Assembly (NCBI GenBank): GCA_003645805.1
Contig: QNCL01000002.1
Location: 1 to 39,482, forward strand
DNA length: 39,482 nt
From: Candidatus Omnitrophota bacterium
GTDB lineage: Bacteria; Omnitrophota; 4484-213
Reading direction: 5' to 3'
The translations under genes were made by a program, and so were the position numbers. Shown here piece by piece: positions 1 through 9,239 of the stretch; the first letter of the stretch is position 1; each line of letters starts with the position of its first letter. The notes beneath the pieces are model-generated. The model made no database searches. It had not been told where the DNA came from and saw nothing but the letters and a program-made list of their open reading frames with translations.

Positions 1-151
1 CGAATACTTATTGCAAACAACAAAACTGATATTGCTGAAGAGCATTTGACAACCCTCATCGGGAGATTATCCGTTCGCACTGGCGACCGTGAAATCCTCG
101 AACACGCTACAAAGGAGCTAATACATCTGAAAAAAGAAAGGAAAAAAACCG

Positions 152-159
<8 letters not shown>
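1..159 (+). CDS. 3' end of an unidentified protein-coding gene (5' end outside the window)
   Basis: Frame 1 is open from base 1 to TGA at 157-159 (...GRLSVRTGDREILEHATKELIHLKKERKKTGD*). Its stop overlaps the GTG start of the next ORF by 8 nt, which suggests co-transcription. No motif I recognise. Confidence 0.3.
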
Positions 160-402
<243 letters not shown>

Positions 403-406
<4 letters not shown>

Positions 407-597
407 AGGTCGATCATAAGAATGATGCTTTGTATTTTCGCCTTGATGAATCAGCCATTGTCGAGTCAGAGGAGATAAAGCCAGGCGTAATTCTTGACTA
501 TGATGCAAATGATAATGTAGTTGGTATTGAGATACTGAATTTGAGCAAGCGAGTTTCACTGGAAATGCTTAAAAGTCTTCAGTTTGAGACTGCATAA
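403..597 (+). CDS. DUF2283-like small protein (antitoxin-type partner); start codon unresolved, possibly start-deficient
   Basis: Frame 1 is open 376-597 and reads ...LKVDHKNDALYFRLDESAIVESEEIKPGVILDYDANDNVVGIEILNLSKRVSLEMLKSLQFETA*. The D-A-L-Y-x-R-L ... V-x-G-I-E-I-L signature is what I associate with DUF2283. It is absent from the ORF track because the first ATG/GTG/TTG in frame is TTG at 430. AAGGAGG at 385-391 would serve a start near 403, where the codon is TTA. Confidence 0.55.
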
Positions 598-814
598 GGT
601 GTACCTCTATTGTCCTCATAGACTCTCTCCTCCTTAATATATCTCGTTTTCTGCTTTTTAATTCTAAGGTTAACTCTCCTATTATAGATTTTAACTCTTC
701 TATCTCTTTTAATAACCTCTGTTCCTTTTTACTCCCCTCCTTTTTATCAATCATTATACAACATACAACAATTTTTAAAGAATTTGTTATAGGGAAAGGG
801 TATATTTTGAACAA
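569..814 (-). CDS. Small hypothetical protein: hydrophobic N-terminus plus charged coiled-coil
   Basis: 81-aa ORF with a TTG start at 814-812, preceded on the minus strand by AAGGAG with a 5-nt spacer. The + strand here is pyrimidine-rich, so the minus strand is purine-rich like the real genes in this window. The segment KEIEELKSIIGELTLELKSRKRDIL resembles the leucine-zipper end of IS3-type OrfA proteins, but no transposase body is present. Confidence 0.35.
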   Translation of the reverse strand: MFKIYPFPITNSLKIVVCCIMIDKKEGSKKEQRLLKEIEELKSIIGELTLELKSRKRDILRRRESMRTIEVHLMQSQTEDF

Positions 815-880
815 TCTTTCTCCTTTACAAGTTTCTCATAAAAAATTATAATTTGTCCAATATGATGGACTTATAAAATC

Positions 881-909
881 TTGACAAGGGTGGGTTTTTG
901 TGCTAAAGT
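881..909 (+). promoter_or_regulatory. Sigma70-type promoter for the nusA operon (TTGACA-N14-TGC-TAAAGT)
   Basis: TTGACA at 881-886, a 17-nt spacer ending in the TGn extended -10 element (901-903), and TAAAGT at 904-909. It lies about 105 nt upstream of the nusA ATG. Confidence 0.5.
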
Positions 910-917
910 ATAAAGCG

Positions 918-947
918 GTCCCAGAGATAAATGGGGCTTTTTATTTT
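918..947 (+). terminator. Weak intrinsic-terminator-like hairpin in the nusA leader (candidate attenuator)
   Basis: GTCCCA (918-923) pairs with TGGGGC (932-937): 6 bp including one G-U, with an 8-nt loop. It is followed by TTTTTATTTT (938-947) and sits only about 5-30 nt after the predicted transcription start. Confidence 0.35.
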
Positions 948-1013
948 ATTACTCCTGTTTTTAACAAAGCAGGGGAGGAGGAGGTTTTGTCTTCTTTTTA
1001 AGGTAATAAGAAG

Positions 1014-2006
1014 ATGAATAAAAAAGAACTGTTAGTTACATTAGAATATATAGAAAGAGAAAAAGGAGTCAAGCGAGAGATGCTTATTCAGGCTCTGGAG
1101 TCTGCTTTGACCTCTGCTTCGCGCCGAATATTTCCTGAGAAGAAGGATATCAGGGTGGAGATAGAACCAGAGAGTGCAGATATAAAGGTTTTCTCCGGAG
1201 AGAAAGAGATCTCTCTTCCCCAATTCGGGAGGATCGCTGCTCAGGTGGCTAAGCAGATCATCATTCAAAAGATAAGAGAGGCAGAGAAAGAGAATGTGTA
1301 TAAAGAGTTTAAGGAGAAAGAAAAAACAATTGTCAATGGCGAGGTGTTTCGCTTTGAAGGGAAAAATGTGATTGTTAATTTAGGAAAAACAGATGGTTTG
1401 CTTCCTGCGCGTGAGCAGTCTCCATTAGATAGATATAAACAAGGGGCATGGATAAGGGCTTATTTGCTTGAGGTAAGCAGAAAAGGAACTATGCCCCAGA
1501 TAATCCTTTCTCGTAGTCACCCCCAATTTGTGGCAGAGTTGTTCAAGTTAGAGGTTCCCGAGATATATCAGGGTATTGTAGAGATAAAAGGGGTAGCAAG
1601 ACAGGTGGGAGAGCGCACCAAGATTGCTGTTTGCTCTAAGGATGAGAAGATCGACCCGGTGGGAGCATGCGTAGGTATGCGTGGACAGCGAGTTAAGAAT
1701 GTTATTCAGGAATTGCAGGGAGAAAAGATAGATATTATTCCTTGGAATGCCGATATTCAGATATTTATTGCTAATGCCTTAAGTCCAGCCGAGGTAGTAA
1801 GTATGGAGATAGAAGAGGAAGAGAAGAGGGTGAAGGTGATAGTGAAGGATGAAACTCTATCCTTGGCTATTGGTAAACATGGGCAGAATGTTCGTTTGGC
1901 TTCTAAATTAACTGGATGGACAATAGATATTAGAGGAGTTACCAAGACCCAAACAGAGGAGGTTGAAGGAGATTCCTCTTCTATTTCTTCCGAAGAAGAG
2001 AAATAA
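1014..2006 (+). CDS. nusA: Transcription termination/antitermination factor NusA (short form, no AR1/AR2 repeats)
   Basis: 330 aa with an N-terminal NusA domain, an S1-like region, and two KH modules (GACVGMRGQRVKNVIQEL, LAIGKHGQNVRLASKLTGW). It lies directly upstream of infB. Confidence 0.95.
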   Translation: MNKKELLVTLEYIEREKGVKREMLIQALESALTSASRRIFPEKKDIRVEIEPESADIKVFSGEKEISLPQFGRIAAQVAKQIIIQKIREAEKENVYKEFKEKEKTIVNGEVFRFEGKNVIVNLGKTDGLLPAREQSPLDRYKQGAWIRAYLLEVSRKGTMPQIILSRSHPQFVAELFKLEVPEIYQGIVEIKGVARQVGERTKIAVCSKDEKIDPVGACVGMRGQRVKNVIQELQGEKIDIIPWNADIQIFIANALSPAEVVSMEIEEEEKRVKVIVKDETLSLAIGKHGQNVRLASKLTGWTIDIRGVTKTQTEEVEGDSSSISSEEEK

Positions 2007-2023
2007 GCAGGAGGAAGAAGTTT

Positions 2024-3787
2024 ATGGAGAGCAAGACCGAGAAAAGAATCAAGGTACCTTTAACCTTAAAAGATCTGTCCGATGTTATAGAGATTAAGGC
2101 TAATGAGATAATAAAGAAACTAATCAATGGTGGCATCTTTCTTACCGTGAATCAACTTCTGGATAAGGAAGAGGTGGAGAAAATCCTGCATTTTCTTCAT
2201 TATCCTGGGCAGATAAAGGTAATTACAGATGAGGAGGCTCCGTTGCTGGAAGATAGGAAAGGAGAGGGGCTGGTCGTGCGTCCCCCTGTGGTTACCTTAA
2301 TGGGACATATTGATCATGGAAAAACTTCTTTATTAGATGCTATTCGCAATACCTATGTAGTAGAGAGAGAAAAAGGAGGGATTACCCAACATATAGGGGC
2401 TTATCAAGTGAGTTTAGATAAAGGCACTATTACCTTTTTAGATACTCCCGGTCATCAAGCCTTTACCGCAATGCGTGCCCGGGGAGCAAATGTCGCAGAT
2501 ATTGTGGTATTGGTAGTAGCGGCTAATGAAGGAGTAAAACCTCAGACTATTGAAGCAATTGATCATGCTCGGGCAGCAAATGTCGCTATTATGGTAGCGA
2601 TAAACAAAATAGACCTTCCAGATGTTAACATAGAGAGAGTGAAAACAGAACTACAGAAGTTAGGGCTTACCCCTGAAGAGTGGGGGGGAGAAACGATAAT
2701 GGTGGAGGTGTCTGCAAAGACAAAGCAGGGCATTGATGAACTTCTGGAGATGATTCTCTTGGAAGCAGAGATGTTAGAACTGAAAGCCGACCCCGCCTCT
2801 TCTGCAAGAGGAGTAGTGATCGAAGGAAAAGTATCCGCAGGCCGGGGAGTAGTAATCAGCGGGTTGGTGCAGACAGGTACGCTAAGAGTAGGAGATGTTA
2901 TAGTTGCTGATTGTTATTATGCTAAGGTTAGGGCGTTGATAGACGATAAGGGAGAGAGGATAAAAGAGGCAGGTCCTTCAATGCCTGTGGAGATATTAGG
3001 TTTTTCAGACCTTCCACAGGTAGGAGAGGTGTTTTATGCGGTTGAGAATGAGAAGAGGGCAAAGGAGATCTGCTGGCTCAGAGAGGAGAGGAAAAAGAAA
3101 CAGGAACTGACTCCCAAGCGTAAAATCAGTTTAGAAACACTTTCCAAGGAGATCAAGGAGAAGCATCTGAGAGAACTCAAACTTATTGTAAAAGCAGATG
3201 TGCAAGGTTCTTTAGAGGCTTTAGTGCATGCCCTTAATAAACTTTCTACTTCCAAGGTAGGGATACAGATTATTCATCAAGCAACAGGAGGAATAAATGA
3301 ATCTGATATTATCTTAGCCTCTGTATCTAATGCTATAGTTATCGGATTTCATGTGCGTGCAAGTGCAAAAGCAGAGGAATTAGCAAGTCAGGAGGGAGTG
3401 GATATCAAGGTCTATGATATAATCTATGAAGCGATTAATGAGATAAAGGCGTCCTTAGAAGGGCTCCTTGAGCCAGTAATTAAGGATGTAAGCATAGGGA
3501 AGGCAGAGGTGCGTCAGGTATTTAAGATACCCAAAGTGGGAACAGTAGCGGGTTGCTTTGTGCTTAAGGGAAGGGTAAGGCGTAATGATCTGGCACATCT
3601 AATTCGTAATGATGTGGTTATCTATGACGGAAGGATAAGGTCATTGAAGAGGTTTAAAGAGGATGTGCGTGAGGTAGAGGAAGGGTTTGAATGCGGAATG
3701 AGTTTAGAGAATTATAATGATATAAAGATAGGAGATGTTATAGAGGTGTATGAGAAAAGAGAGATTGCCCAGAAACTGGAGGAGTAA
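2024..3787 (+). CDS. infB: Translation initiation factor IF-2
   Basis: 587 aa with G-domain motifs GHIDHGKTSLLD, DTPGH and NKID. AGGAGG lies upstream of the ATG. Canonical nusA-infB-rbfA order. Confidence 0.97.
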   Translation: MESKTEKRIKVPLTLKDLSDVIEIKANEIIKKLINGGIFLTVNQLLDKEEVEKILHFLHYPGQIKVITDEEAPLLEDRKGEGLVVRPPVVTLMGHIDHGKTSLLDAIRNTYVVEREKGGITQHIGAYQVSLDKGTITFLDTPGHQAFTAMRARGANVADIVVLVVAANEGVKPQTIEAIDHARAANVAIMVAINKIDLPDVNIERVKTELQKLGLTPEEWGGETIMVEVSAKTKQGIDELLEMILLEAEMLELKADPASSARGVVIEGKVSAGRGVVISGLVQTGTLRVGDVIVADCYYAKVRALIDDKGERIKEAGPSMPVEILGFSDLPQVGEVFYAVENEKRAKEICWLREERKKKQELTPKRKISLETLSKEIKEKHLRELKLIVKADVQGSLEALVHALNKLSTSKVGIQIIHQATGGINESDIILASVSNAIVIGFHVRASAKAEELASQEGVDIKVYDIIYEAINEIKASLEGLLEPVIKDVSIGKAEVRQVFKIPKVGTVAGCFVLKGRVRRNDLAHLIRNDVVIYDGRIRSLKRFKEDVREVEEGFECGMSLENYNDIKIGDVIEVYEKREIAQKLEE

Positions 3788-3790
3788 GAG

Positions 3791-4150
3791 ATGGCCACAG
3801 AGAAAAGATGTCTACGCATAGCCGAGTTTATTCATCAGGAGATTGTGGAGGTGTTGAGAAAGATGGAGGTTCCAGAAAAAAGTCTTTTTACCATCACCAA
3901 GGTAGGAGTAAATAGAGATATGAGAATAGCGGTGGTCTATTTTAGTGTGCTGGGAGGAGAAGGAGAGAGAAAGGCTATATTGAGTTATTTAGAGGAGATA
4001 TCTCCCTATCTGAGGAGGGAGGTAGGAAAGAGGATGCGAGTGAGATATATTCCCCGGATTCGTTTTAGATTTGATCCTTCCTTGGAGTATAGTGATCGTA
4101 TCTCAGAGTTAATAGAGAAAGTAAAGAAGGAAAGGGAGGAAATTTTATAA
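3791..4150 (+). CDS. rbfA: Ribosome-binding factor A
   Basis: 119 aa, of RbfA size, with an RbfA-like N-terminus (RIAEFIHQEIVEVL). Conserved position after infB. Confidence 0.9.
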   Translation: MATEKRCLRIAEFIHQEIVEVLRKMEVPEKSLFTITKVGVNRDMRIAVVYFSVLGGEGERKAILSYLEEISPYLRREVGKRMRVRYIPRIRFRFDPSLEYSDRISELIEKVKKEREEIL

Positions 4151-4152
4151 GA

Positions 4153-5157
4153 ATGTGCGAGAAGGAAAAGATAGTAGAGGTTTGCCGGAAATACTCCTCT
4201 TTTTTAATCGGTTCTCATATCAATCCCGATGGAGATTCCTTGGGAAGTGAATTGGCTTTCGCTTCTCTGCTGAAAAGAATGGGAAAGAAGGTGAAGGTGC
4301 TCAATCCCACTCTTCCTCCTTCTATATACGACTTTCTTCCTTACCGAGAATGGATATCCACCAAGGAGAAAGGCGAAGGGTGGGAGGTGGGGATAGTTCT
4401 TGATTGCAGTGAGTATGAGCGTTTAAGGGAGGTAAAAACCTTTTTTTCTTCTCTGCCCATAGTTATCAATATTGACCATCATATAAGCAACAGGAGGTTT
4501 GGGGATATAAATTTTTTGGATACCAAAGCCAGTTCGGTAGGGGAGATGGTTTACCAGCTCTTTCTTGCCTTTGCTCAACAACCCACAAAAGAAGAGGCTC
4601 TCCTCCTCTATGTTGCTATCCTTACAGACACAAACTGCTTCAGGTTTTCTACTACTTCCTATACTCATCAGATAATAAGTAATCTATTGGCTACCGGGTT
4701 AAAGCCACAAGAGATACAGGAGAAAATCTACAGTATTCCATTTTCTGGGATTAAGTTGATAGAGAGGGTTCTTTCTACCCTTCAGATAAGCGAAGATGGA
4801 AAAATAGTTTGGGGAGAAATCAATCAGAGGATGATAGATGAAATTAGAGAGGCGGAGAAGATAGAGGAGATTACCCATACCGATGTGCTTATCAATTATC
4901 TATGCGCAATCAAGGATGTAGAGGTGGTTGCCTTGTTTAAGGAACTAAACTCTTCTGAGGAAAGGGAACAGGAAAAGAGGGTAAAGGTGAGTTTGAGATC
5001 AAAGGGAAAGGTAGATGTAAACAGGATTGCCAAACTCTTTGAGGGAGGAGGACATTTTAGAGCAAGTGGTTGCTCCATATCTGGGGAGTTGAAGGAGATA
5101 GAAAGCAAGGTGATAGAGGAGATTAGGAAAGAGGTAGAGAGAAGTTTAAGAAGATGA
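4153..5157 (+). CDS. DHH/DHHA1 phosphoesterase (NrnA-like oligoribonuclease / pAp phosphatase)
   Basis: 334 aa with NPDGDSLGS, a DHH motif (NIDHHISN) and the DHHA1 GGGH motif (LFEGGGHFRASG). The position between rbfA and truB is seen in several phyla. Confidence 0.85.
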   Translation: MCEKEKIVEVCRKYSSFLIGSHINPDGDSLGSELAFASLLKRMGKKVKVLNPTLPPSIYDFLPYREWISTKEKGEGWEVGIVLDCSEYERLREVKTFFSSLPIVINIDHHISNRRFGDINFLDTKASSVGEMVYQLFLAFAQQPTKEEALLLYVAILTDTNCFRFSTTSYTHQIISNLLATGLKPQEIQEKIYSIPFSGIKLIERVLSTLQISEDGKIVWGEINQRMIDEIREAEKIEEITHTDVLINYLCAIKDVEVVALFKELNSSEEREQEKRVKVSLRSKGKVDVNRIAKLFEGGGHFRASGCSISGELKEIESKVIEEIRKEVERSLRR

Positions 5158-5873
5158 GTGTTTTAAGGTTGGGAGAGAAGGTTGAAGGGATTCTGATCGT
5201 GGATAAACCCGGAGGGTGGACATCCTATGATGTGGTGAACTTTATCCGTCAGCGTTTTAAGATAAAGAAAGTAGGGCATGCAGGCACCCTTGACCCCTTA
5301 GCCACAGGAGTTTTAGTAGTGTTGTTGGGGAGGTATACCAAGTTATTCAATAAATTTAGCAGCGAAGACAAGGAGTATGAGGGAACTCTTCGCTTGGGTA
5401 TCTCTACTGATTCTCAGGATGCAGATGGGAAGGAGATCCTGCGTAGAGATTACTCTTCGCTGAAAAGAGAAGATATAGAGAAGGCATTCGCTCAATTCAC
5501 CGGAGAGATTGAGCAGATCCCTCCTATGGTTTCCGCCTTGCGATATGAAGGAAGAAGGTTATATAAACTTGCGCGAGAAGGCAAAGAGGTGGCGCGGAAA
5601 CCACGAAAGATATTCGTTTATCGCTTTGAGGTAACCAATTTCTCTCCTCCAGATGTAGATTTTTTTCTTTCTTCCTCCAAAGGAACTTATGTGCGCACTC
5701 TCTGCCATGATGTAGGAGAGGTGCTTGGTTGTGGTGGACATTTATTGAGGCTTAAGAGGATAAAGAGTGGGGAGTTTACCTTAGCCGAGAGTGTGGATAT
5801 CCCTACTTTAAGGAGAATGAGTTTTGAGCAACTTAAAGAAAGAATTATTAAATGCGATTTGTGCCTACCTTGA
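5154..5873 (+). CDS. truB: tRNA pseudouridine-55 synthase TruB
   Basis: 239 aa with the catalytic-Asp motif GHAGTLDPLATGVL. ATGA overlap with the preceding gene. Confidence 0.95.
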   Translation: MSVLRLGEKVEGILIVDKPGGWTSYDVVNFIRQRFKIKKVGHAGTLDPLATGVLVVLLGRYTKLFNKFSSEDKEYEGTLRLGISTDSQDADGKEILRRDYSSLKREDIEKAFAQFTGEIEQIPPMVSALRYEGRRLYKLAREGKEVARKPRKIFVYRFEVTNFSPPDVDFFLSSSKGTYVRTLCHDVGEVLGCGGHLLRLKRIKSGEFTLAESVDIPTLRRMSFEQLKERIIKCDLCLP

Positions 5874-6781
5874 GAGAAATCAATGTTTGCGCAGAAGGCA
5901 GTGTGGTTACTATTGGAGTGTTTGATGGGTTGCATTTAGGCCATCAGAAGGTAATTCGGCAGACAGTAGAATATGCGCATAAGATAGGAGTAAAAAGCGT
6001 TTTGCTCACCTTTAAGCCTCATCCCGAGGAGGTGGTTGCAAATAAAAGAATAAAATTGATTACTTCCTATGCCCAGAAGAGAGAGATGGTTGGCAAGTTA
6101 GGCATTGATATATATAATGAAATAGAGTTTACTCCTTCTTTTGCCTCTCTTTCGCCCGAGGAGTTTGTACAGAAGATTTTGAAAGAGAAACTAAGAGTAA
6201 GGGCTCTGGTATTAGGAGATAATTATCGCTTTGGGAAACAGGAGCAGGGAGATAGCAGATTGATGAAAAGGTTAGGAGAAAGATATGCTTTCAGAGTTTT
6301 AATTGTTGCTCCTTTTAAGATAGAAGGAGAGATGGTAAGTAGTAGTTTGATTCGTTCTCTTATTTCCCAGGGAAGGTTCAGGCAGGTAGAGAGGTATTTA
6401 GGCCGGCCGTGGACAATTAGAGGGAAGGTAAAGAGAGAACGGGGGTATGGAAGAGATCTGGGTTATCCTACGGCAAATCTTTTTCCTCCCTCTGAACTTA
6501 TCCTCCCCTCAGGGGTGTTCATTGCTCAGGTAAAGGTAGATAGGGAACTGAGAGGAGGGTTGGTGAATATCGGGACGCGTCCAAGTTTTTCTTCCGGAGG
6601 GGAGAAGAGGATAGAGGTATATATTCTTGATTTTTCTCAGGAGATATATGAAAAAGAGATAGAAGTGGTTTTAAAGAAGAGGATTCGCGAAGAGCAGAGG
6701 TTTAGTAGTAGAGAAGAGTTGATTTCTCAAATCCGAAAAGACGAGGAGGAAGCAAGACGGTATTGGAGGGAGAGATGTTAA
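5852..6781 (+). CDS. ribF: Bifunctional riboflavin kinase / FMN adenylyltransferase
   Basis: 309 aa. The N-terminal adenylyltransferase motif is [11 protein letters not shown] and the C-terminal kinase region contains GYPTANL. The start is uncertain by a few codons and overlaps the truB 3' end. Confidence 0.93.
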   Translation: MRFVPTLREINVCAEGSVVTIGVFDGLHLGHQKVIRQTVEYAHKIGVKSVLLTFKPHPEEVVANKRIKLITSYAQKREMVGKLGIDIYNEIEFTPSFASLSPEEFVQKILKEKLRVRALVLGDNYRFGKQEQGDSRLMKRLGERYAFRVLIVAPFKIEGEMVSSSLIRSLISQGRFRQVERYLGRPWTIRGKVKRERGYGRDLGYPTANLFPPSELILPSGVFIAQVKVDRELRGGLVNIGTRPSFSSGGEKRIEVYILDFSQEIYEKEIEVVLKKRIREEQRFSSREELISQIRKDEEEARRYWRERC

Positions 6782-7041
6782 GCAAGGAAGAGAAGAAGCA
6801 GATAATGGAGAGATTTAGGGTGCACGAGAAAGATACAGGCTCTTGTCCTGTGCAGATTGCCCTTTTAACAGAGAGAATTAATAAACTTACCGAGCATTTT
6901 AAGAAGTTTAAAAAAGATACCAATTCTCGCCGAGGCTTGCTCAAGTTAATTGGCCAGCGTAAGAGAATGTTGGAGTATCTAAAAAGAAAAGACCTACTCA
7001 AATATCAAGAGACTATCAACAAATTAGGTCTGCGTAAGTAA
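6775..7041 (+). CDS. rpsO: 30S ribosomal protein S15
   Basis: The S15 sequence is [14 protein letters not shown]...[48 protein letters not shown]. The track start TTG 6763 is replaced by ATG 6775, which is preceded by GGAGGGAGAG. The start overlaps the ribF stop. Confidence 0.93.
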   Translation: MLSKEEKKQIMERFRVHEKDTGSCPVQIALLTERINKLTEHFKKFKKDTNSRRGLLKLIGQRKRMLEYLKRKDLLKYQETINKLGLRK

Positions 7042-7042
7042 A

Positions 7043-7071
7043 TCTTTCTGTGTCCGCTTGACACAGAGAGA
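7043..7071 (+). promoter_or_regulatory. 12-bp stem-loop in the rpsO-pnp intergenic region (processing/regulatory hairpin)
   Basis: Bases 7043-7054 pair with 7060-7071 (one G-U), with loop CGCTT. No U-tract follows. It begins 2 nt after the rpsO stop and ends 22 nt before the pnp GTG. Confidence 0.6.
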
Positions 7072-7092
7072 GATTAAAAAGAGGGTGTAGAG

Positions 7093-9195
7093 GTGAAAAG
7101 GACAATAAGGATAGGAACAGAGAATTTTATTGTAGAAACAGGAGAGATAGCCAAGCAGGCTGCAGGAGCAGTTACTGTTCGTTGTGGAGAAACGGTAGTG
7201 CTTAGCGCGCTCACCTGGGCGAAGGAGCCAAAAGAAGAGAGCGATTTCCTTCCTTTGACCGTTGACTACCGGGAAAGGACATACGCAGTAGGTAAAATTC
7301 CCGGAGGGTTCTTCAAGAGGGAGGGGAGACCTACGGAGAAAGAAATTTTAGTCTCGAGATTGATTGACCGCACAGTGAGGACTCTTTTCCCTGAAGGCTT
7401 CAACCATGAGGTTCAGATTGTATCTATGGTTTTGTCTGCAGATGGAAAGAATGAACCGGATTGGTTAGCGGTTAACGCCACCTGTATAGCCCTGATCCTC
7501 TCGGACTTGCCTGTTAGCAGATATGCAGGAGCAATAAGGATAGGTAAAGATAGAAGAGGTTTCATCGTCAATCCATCTTACGCCCAACAGGAAGAAAGCG
7601 AATTGAATCTAATAGTTGCGGCAACAGAGCAGGAGATTCTGATGCTGGAAGGAGAGGGAAAAGAGGTGAAGGAGGAGAGTATTTTGGAGGCGATGAAGAT
7701 TGCCCAAGGAGTGATAAAGCAGATTATTGCTCTCCAGAAGGAGATGTTTGCAGAAAGGAGGATAGAGAAGAAGGAGTTTGTGCGCAAGAAAGTAGAGGAA
7801 TTCTCTCTCTATCTAAAAGTGAAAGAGATATGCGAGCAGGAAATCAGGAGGATTGTGGAGTTAGCAGATAAGAAAGAAAGGAGAGAGCATTTCGACCTTT
7901 TGTTTACAAAGGTATGTGAGCAGATAAAGAAAGAGATATCTTCAGGGGAATTAGAGAAAGAGGAGATAGAAAGGGAGGTAAAGGCGATATTAGAAGAGAT
8001 AAGAAAGAGAGAGGCAAGAAGATTGATTATAGAGAAGAGAAGAAGGCAGGATGGAAGAGGGTTTAAAGAGATTAGAAAACTTGAGTGCAAGGTAGGAGTT
8101 CTTCCCTGCACCCATGGTTCAGCGTTGTTTACTCGTGGGCAGACGCAGAGTTTAGTAGTGGTTACCTTAGGGACAAAGATGGATGAGCAGATTGTGGAGG
8201 CTTTGGAAGGAGAGAGCAGAAAGAAGTTTATGCTCCATTATAACTTTCCTCCATTTAGTGTAGGCGAGGTAAAACCTTTACGTGCTCCAGGAAGAAGAGA
8301 GATAGGACATGGAGTGTTAGCGGAGCGAGCCTTAAAGAGTGTGCTTCCTTCAGAGGAGGAGTTTCCTTATACCATAAGGATAGTCTCTGATATCCTGGAG
8401 TCTAATGGTTCCTCTTCTATGGCTACTGTGTGTGGGGGGAGTTTGGCGTTGATGGATGCTGGCGTGCCAGTAAAATCTGCAGTGGCTGGCGTGGCGGTAG
8501 GTTTGCTAAAGGAAGGAGAGGAAGTTGTTTTGCTTACCGATATTGCCGGAGATGAAGACCATTATGGAGATATGGATTTGAAGATTGCAGGAACCTCAAA
8601 AGGGATTACCGCTATTCAGATGGATCTCAAGATAGAAGGGCTGGGGTTAGAGATTATTGCTCAGGCTTTTAAGCAAAGCAAGGAGGCGCGTGAACAGATT
8701 CTGCACAAGATGGCAGAGACAATAGATAAACCTCGTCCCGATCTTTCTCCCTACGCTCCCCGCATTAGTGTTGTAGAGATAGATCCTGCCAAGATAGGAA
8801 ATGTAATTGGTCCTGCAGGAAAAAATATCAAGGAGATTATTCACAAGACAGGAGTGGTAATTGACATAGATGAGCAGGGAAAGGTGATGATTGCTTCTCC
8901 TGATAAGGAGGCTTTAAAGAAGGCGATAGCGATGATCCATTCCCTTACTGAACAACCAGAGGTAGGCAAACTCTATTTAGCCAAAGTAAGGAAAATAACA
9001 GATTTTGGAGCCTTCTGTGAGATCTTTCCGGGGCAGGATGGATTGATTCATATCTCGGAGTTAAGTGATAGATATATAAGAAGAGTAGGAGATGTGATAA
9101 AGGTAGGGGATGAGGTGTTGGTAAAGGTAATCAGGATAGATGATCAAGGAAGGATCAGTTTAAGCAAGAAGCAAGCAGAGCGCAGGTCTACATAG
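7093..9195 (+). CDS. pnp: Polyribonucleotide nucleotidyltransferase (PNPase)
   Basis: 700 aa with two RNase PH-like halves, a KH motif (GPAGKNIKEI) and an S1 domain (GKLYLAKVRKITDFGAFCEIFPGQDGLIHISEL). GTG start after GAGGGTGTAGAG. Confidence 0.97.
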   Translation: MKRTIRIGTENFIVETGEIAKQAAGAVTVRCGETVVLSALTWAKEPKEESDFLPLTVDYRERTYAVGKIPGGFFKREGRPTEKEILVSRLIDRTVRTLFPEGFNHEVQIVSMVLSADGKNEPDWLAVNATCIALILSDLPVSRYAGAIRIGKDRRGFIVNPSYAQQEESELNLIVAATEQEILMLEGEGKEVKEESILEAMKIAQGVIKQIIALQKEMFAERRIEKKEFVRKKVEEFSLYLKVKEICEQEIRRIVELADKKERREHFDLLFTKVCEQIKKEISSGELEKEEIEREVKAILEEIRKREARRLIIEKRRRQDGRGFKEIRKLECKVGVLPCTHGSALFTRGQTQSLVVVTLGTKMDEQIVEALEGESRKKFMLHYNFPPFSVGEVKPLRAPGRREIGHGVLAERALKSVLPSEEEFPYTIRIVSDILESNGSSSMATVCGGSLALMDAGVPVKSAVAGVAVGLLKEGEEVVLLTDIAGDEDHYGDMDLKIAGTSKGITAIQMDLKIEGLGLEIIAQAFKQSKEAREQILHKMAETIDKPRPDLSPYAPRISVVEIDPAKIGNVIGPAGKNIKEIIHKTGVVIDIDEQGKVMIASPDKEALKKAIAMIHSLTEQPEVGKLYLAKVRKITDFGAFCEIFPGQDGLIHISELSDRYIRRVGDVIKVGDEVLVKVIRIDDQGRISLSKKQAERRST

Positions 9196-9239
9196 GTATA
9201 AATACCAGGCAAATCTTGGAGGAAAGGAGAGGAAAGGAT

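Noticed and set aside
752-754. Internal ATG (MIDKKEG...) as the start of the minus-strand small ORF.
   Set aside because: It has no SD upstream and lies inside a TATAAT-like sequence. The TTG at 814-812 has a good AAGGAG SD, so I kept the longer form, though the gene call itself remains low-confidence.
7058-7086. Perfect TTGACA in the rpsO-pnp spacer as a possible pnp promoter.
   Set aside because: The hexamer 17 nt downstream is GAGGGT, which has no -10 character. The TTGACA is simply part of the 3' arm of the intergenic hairpin.
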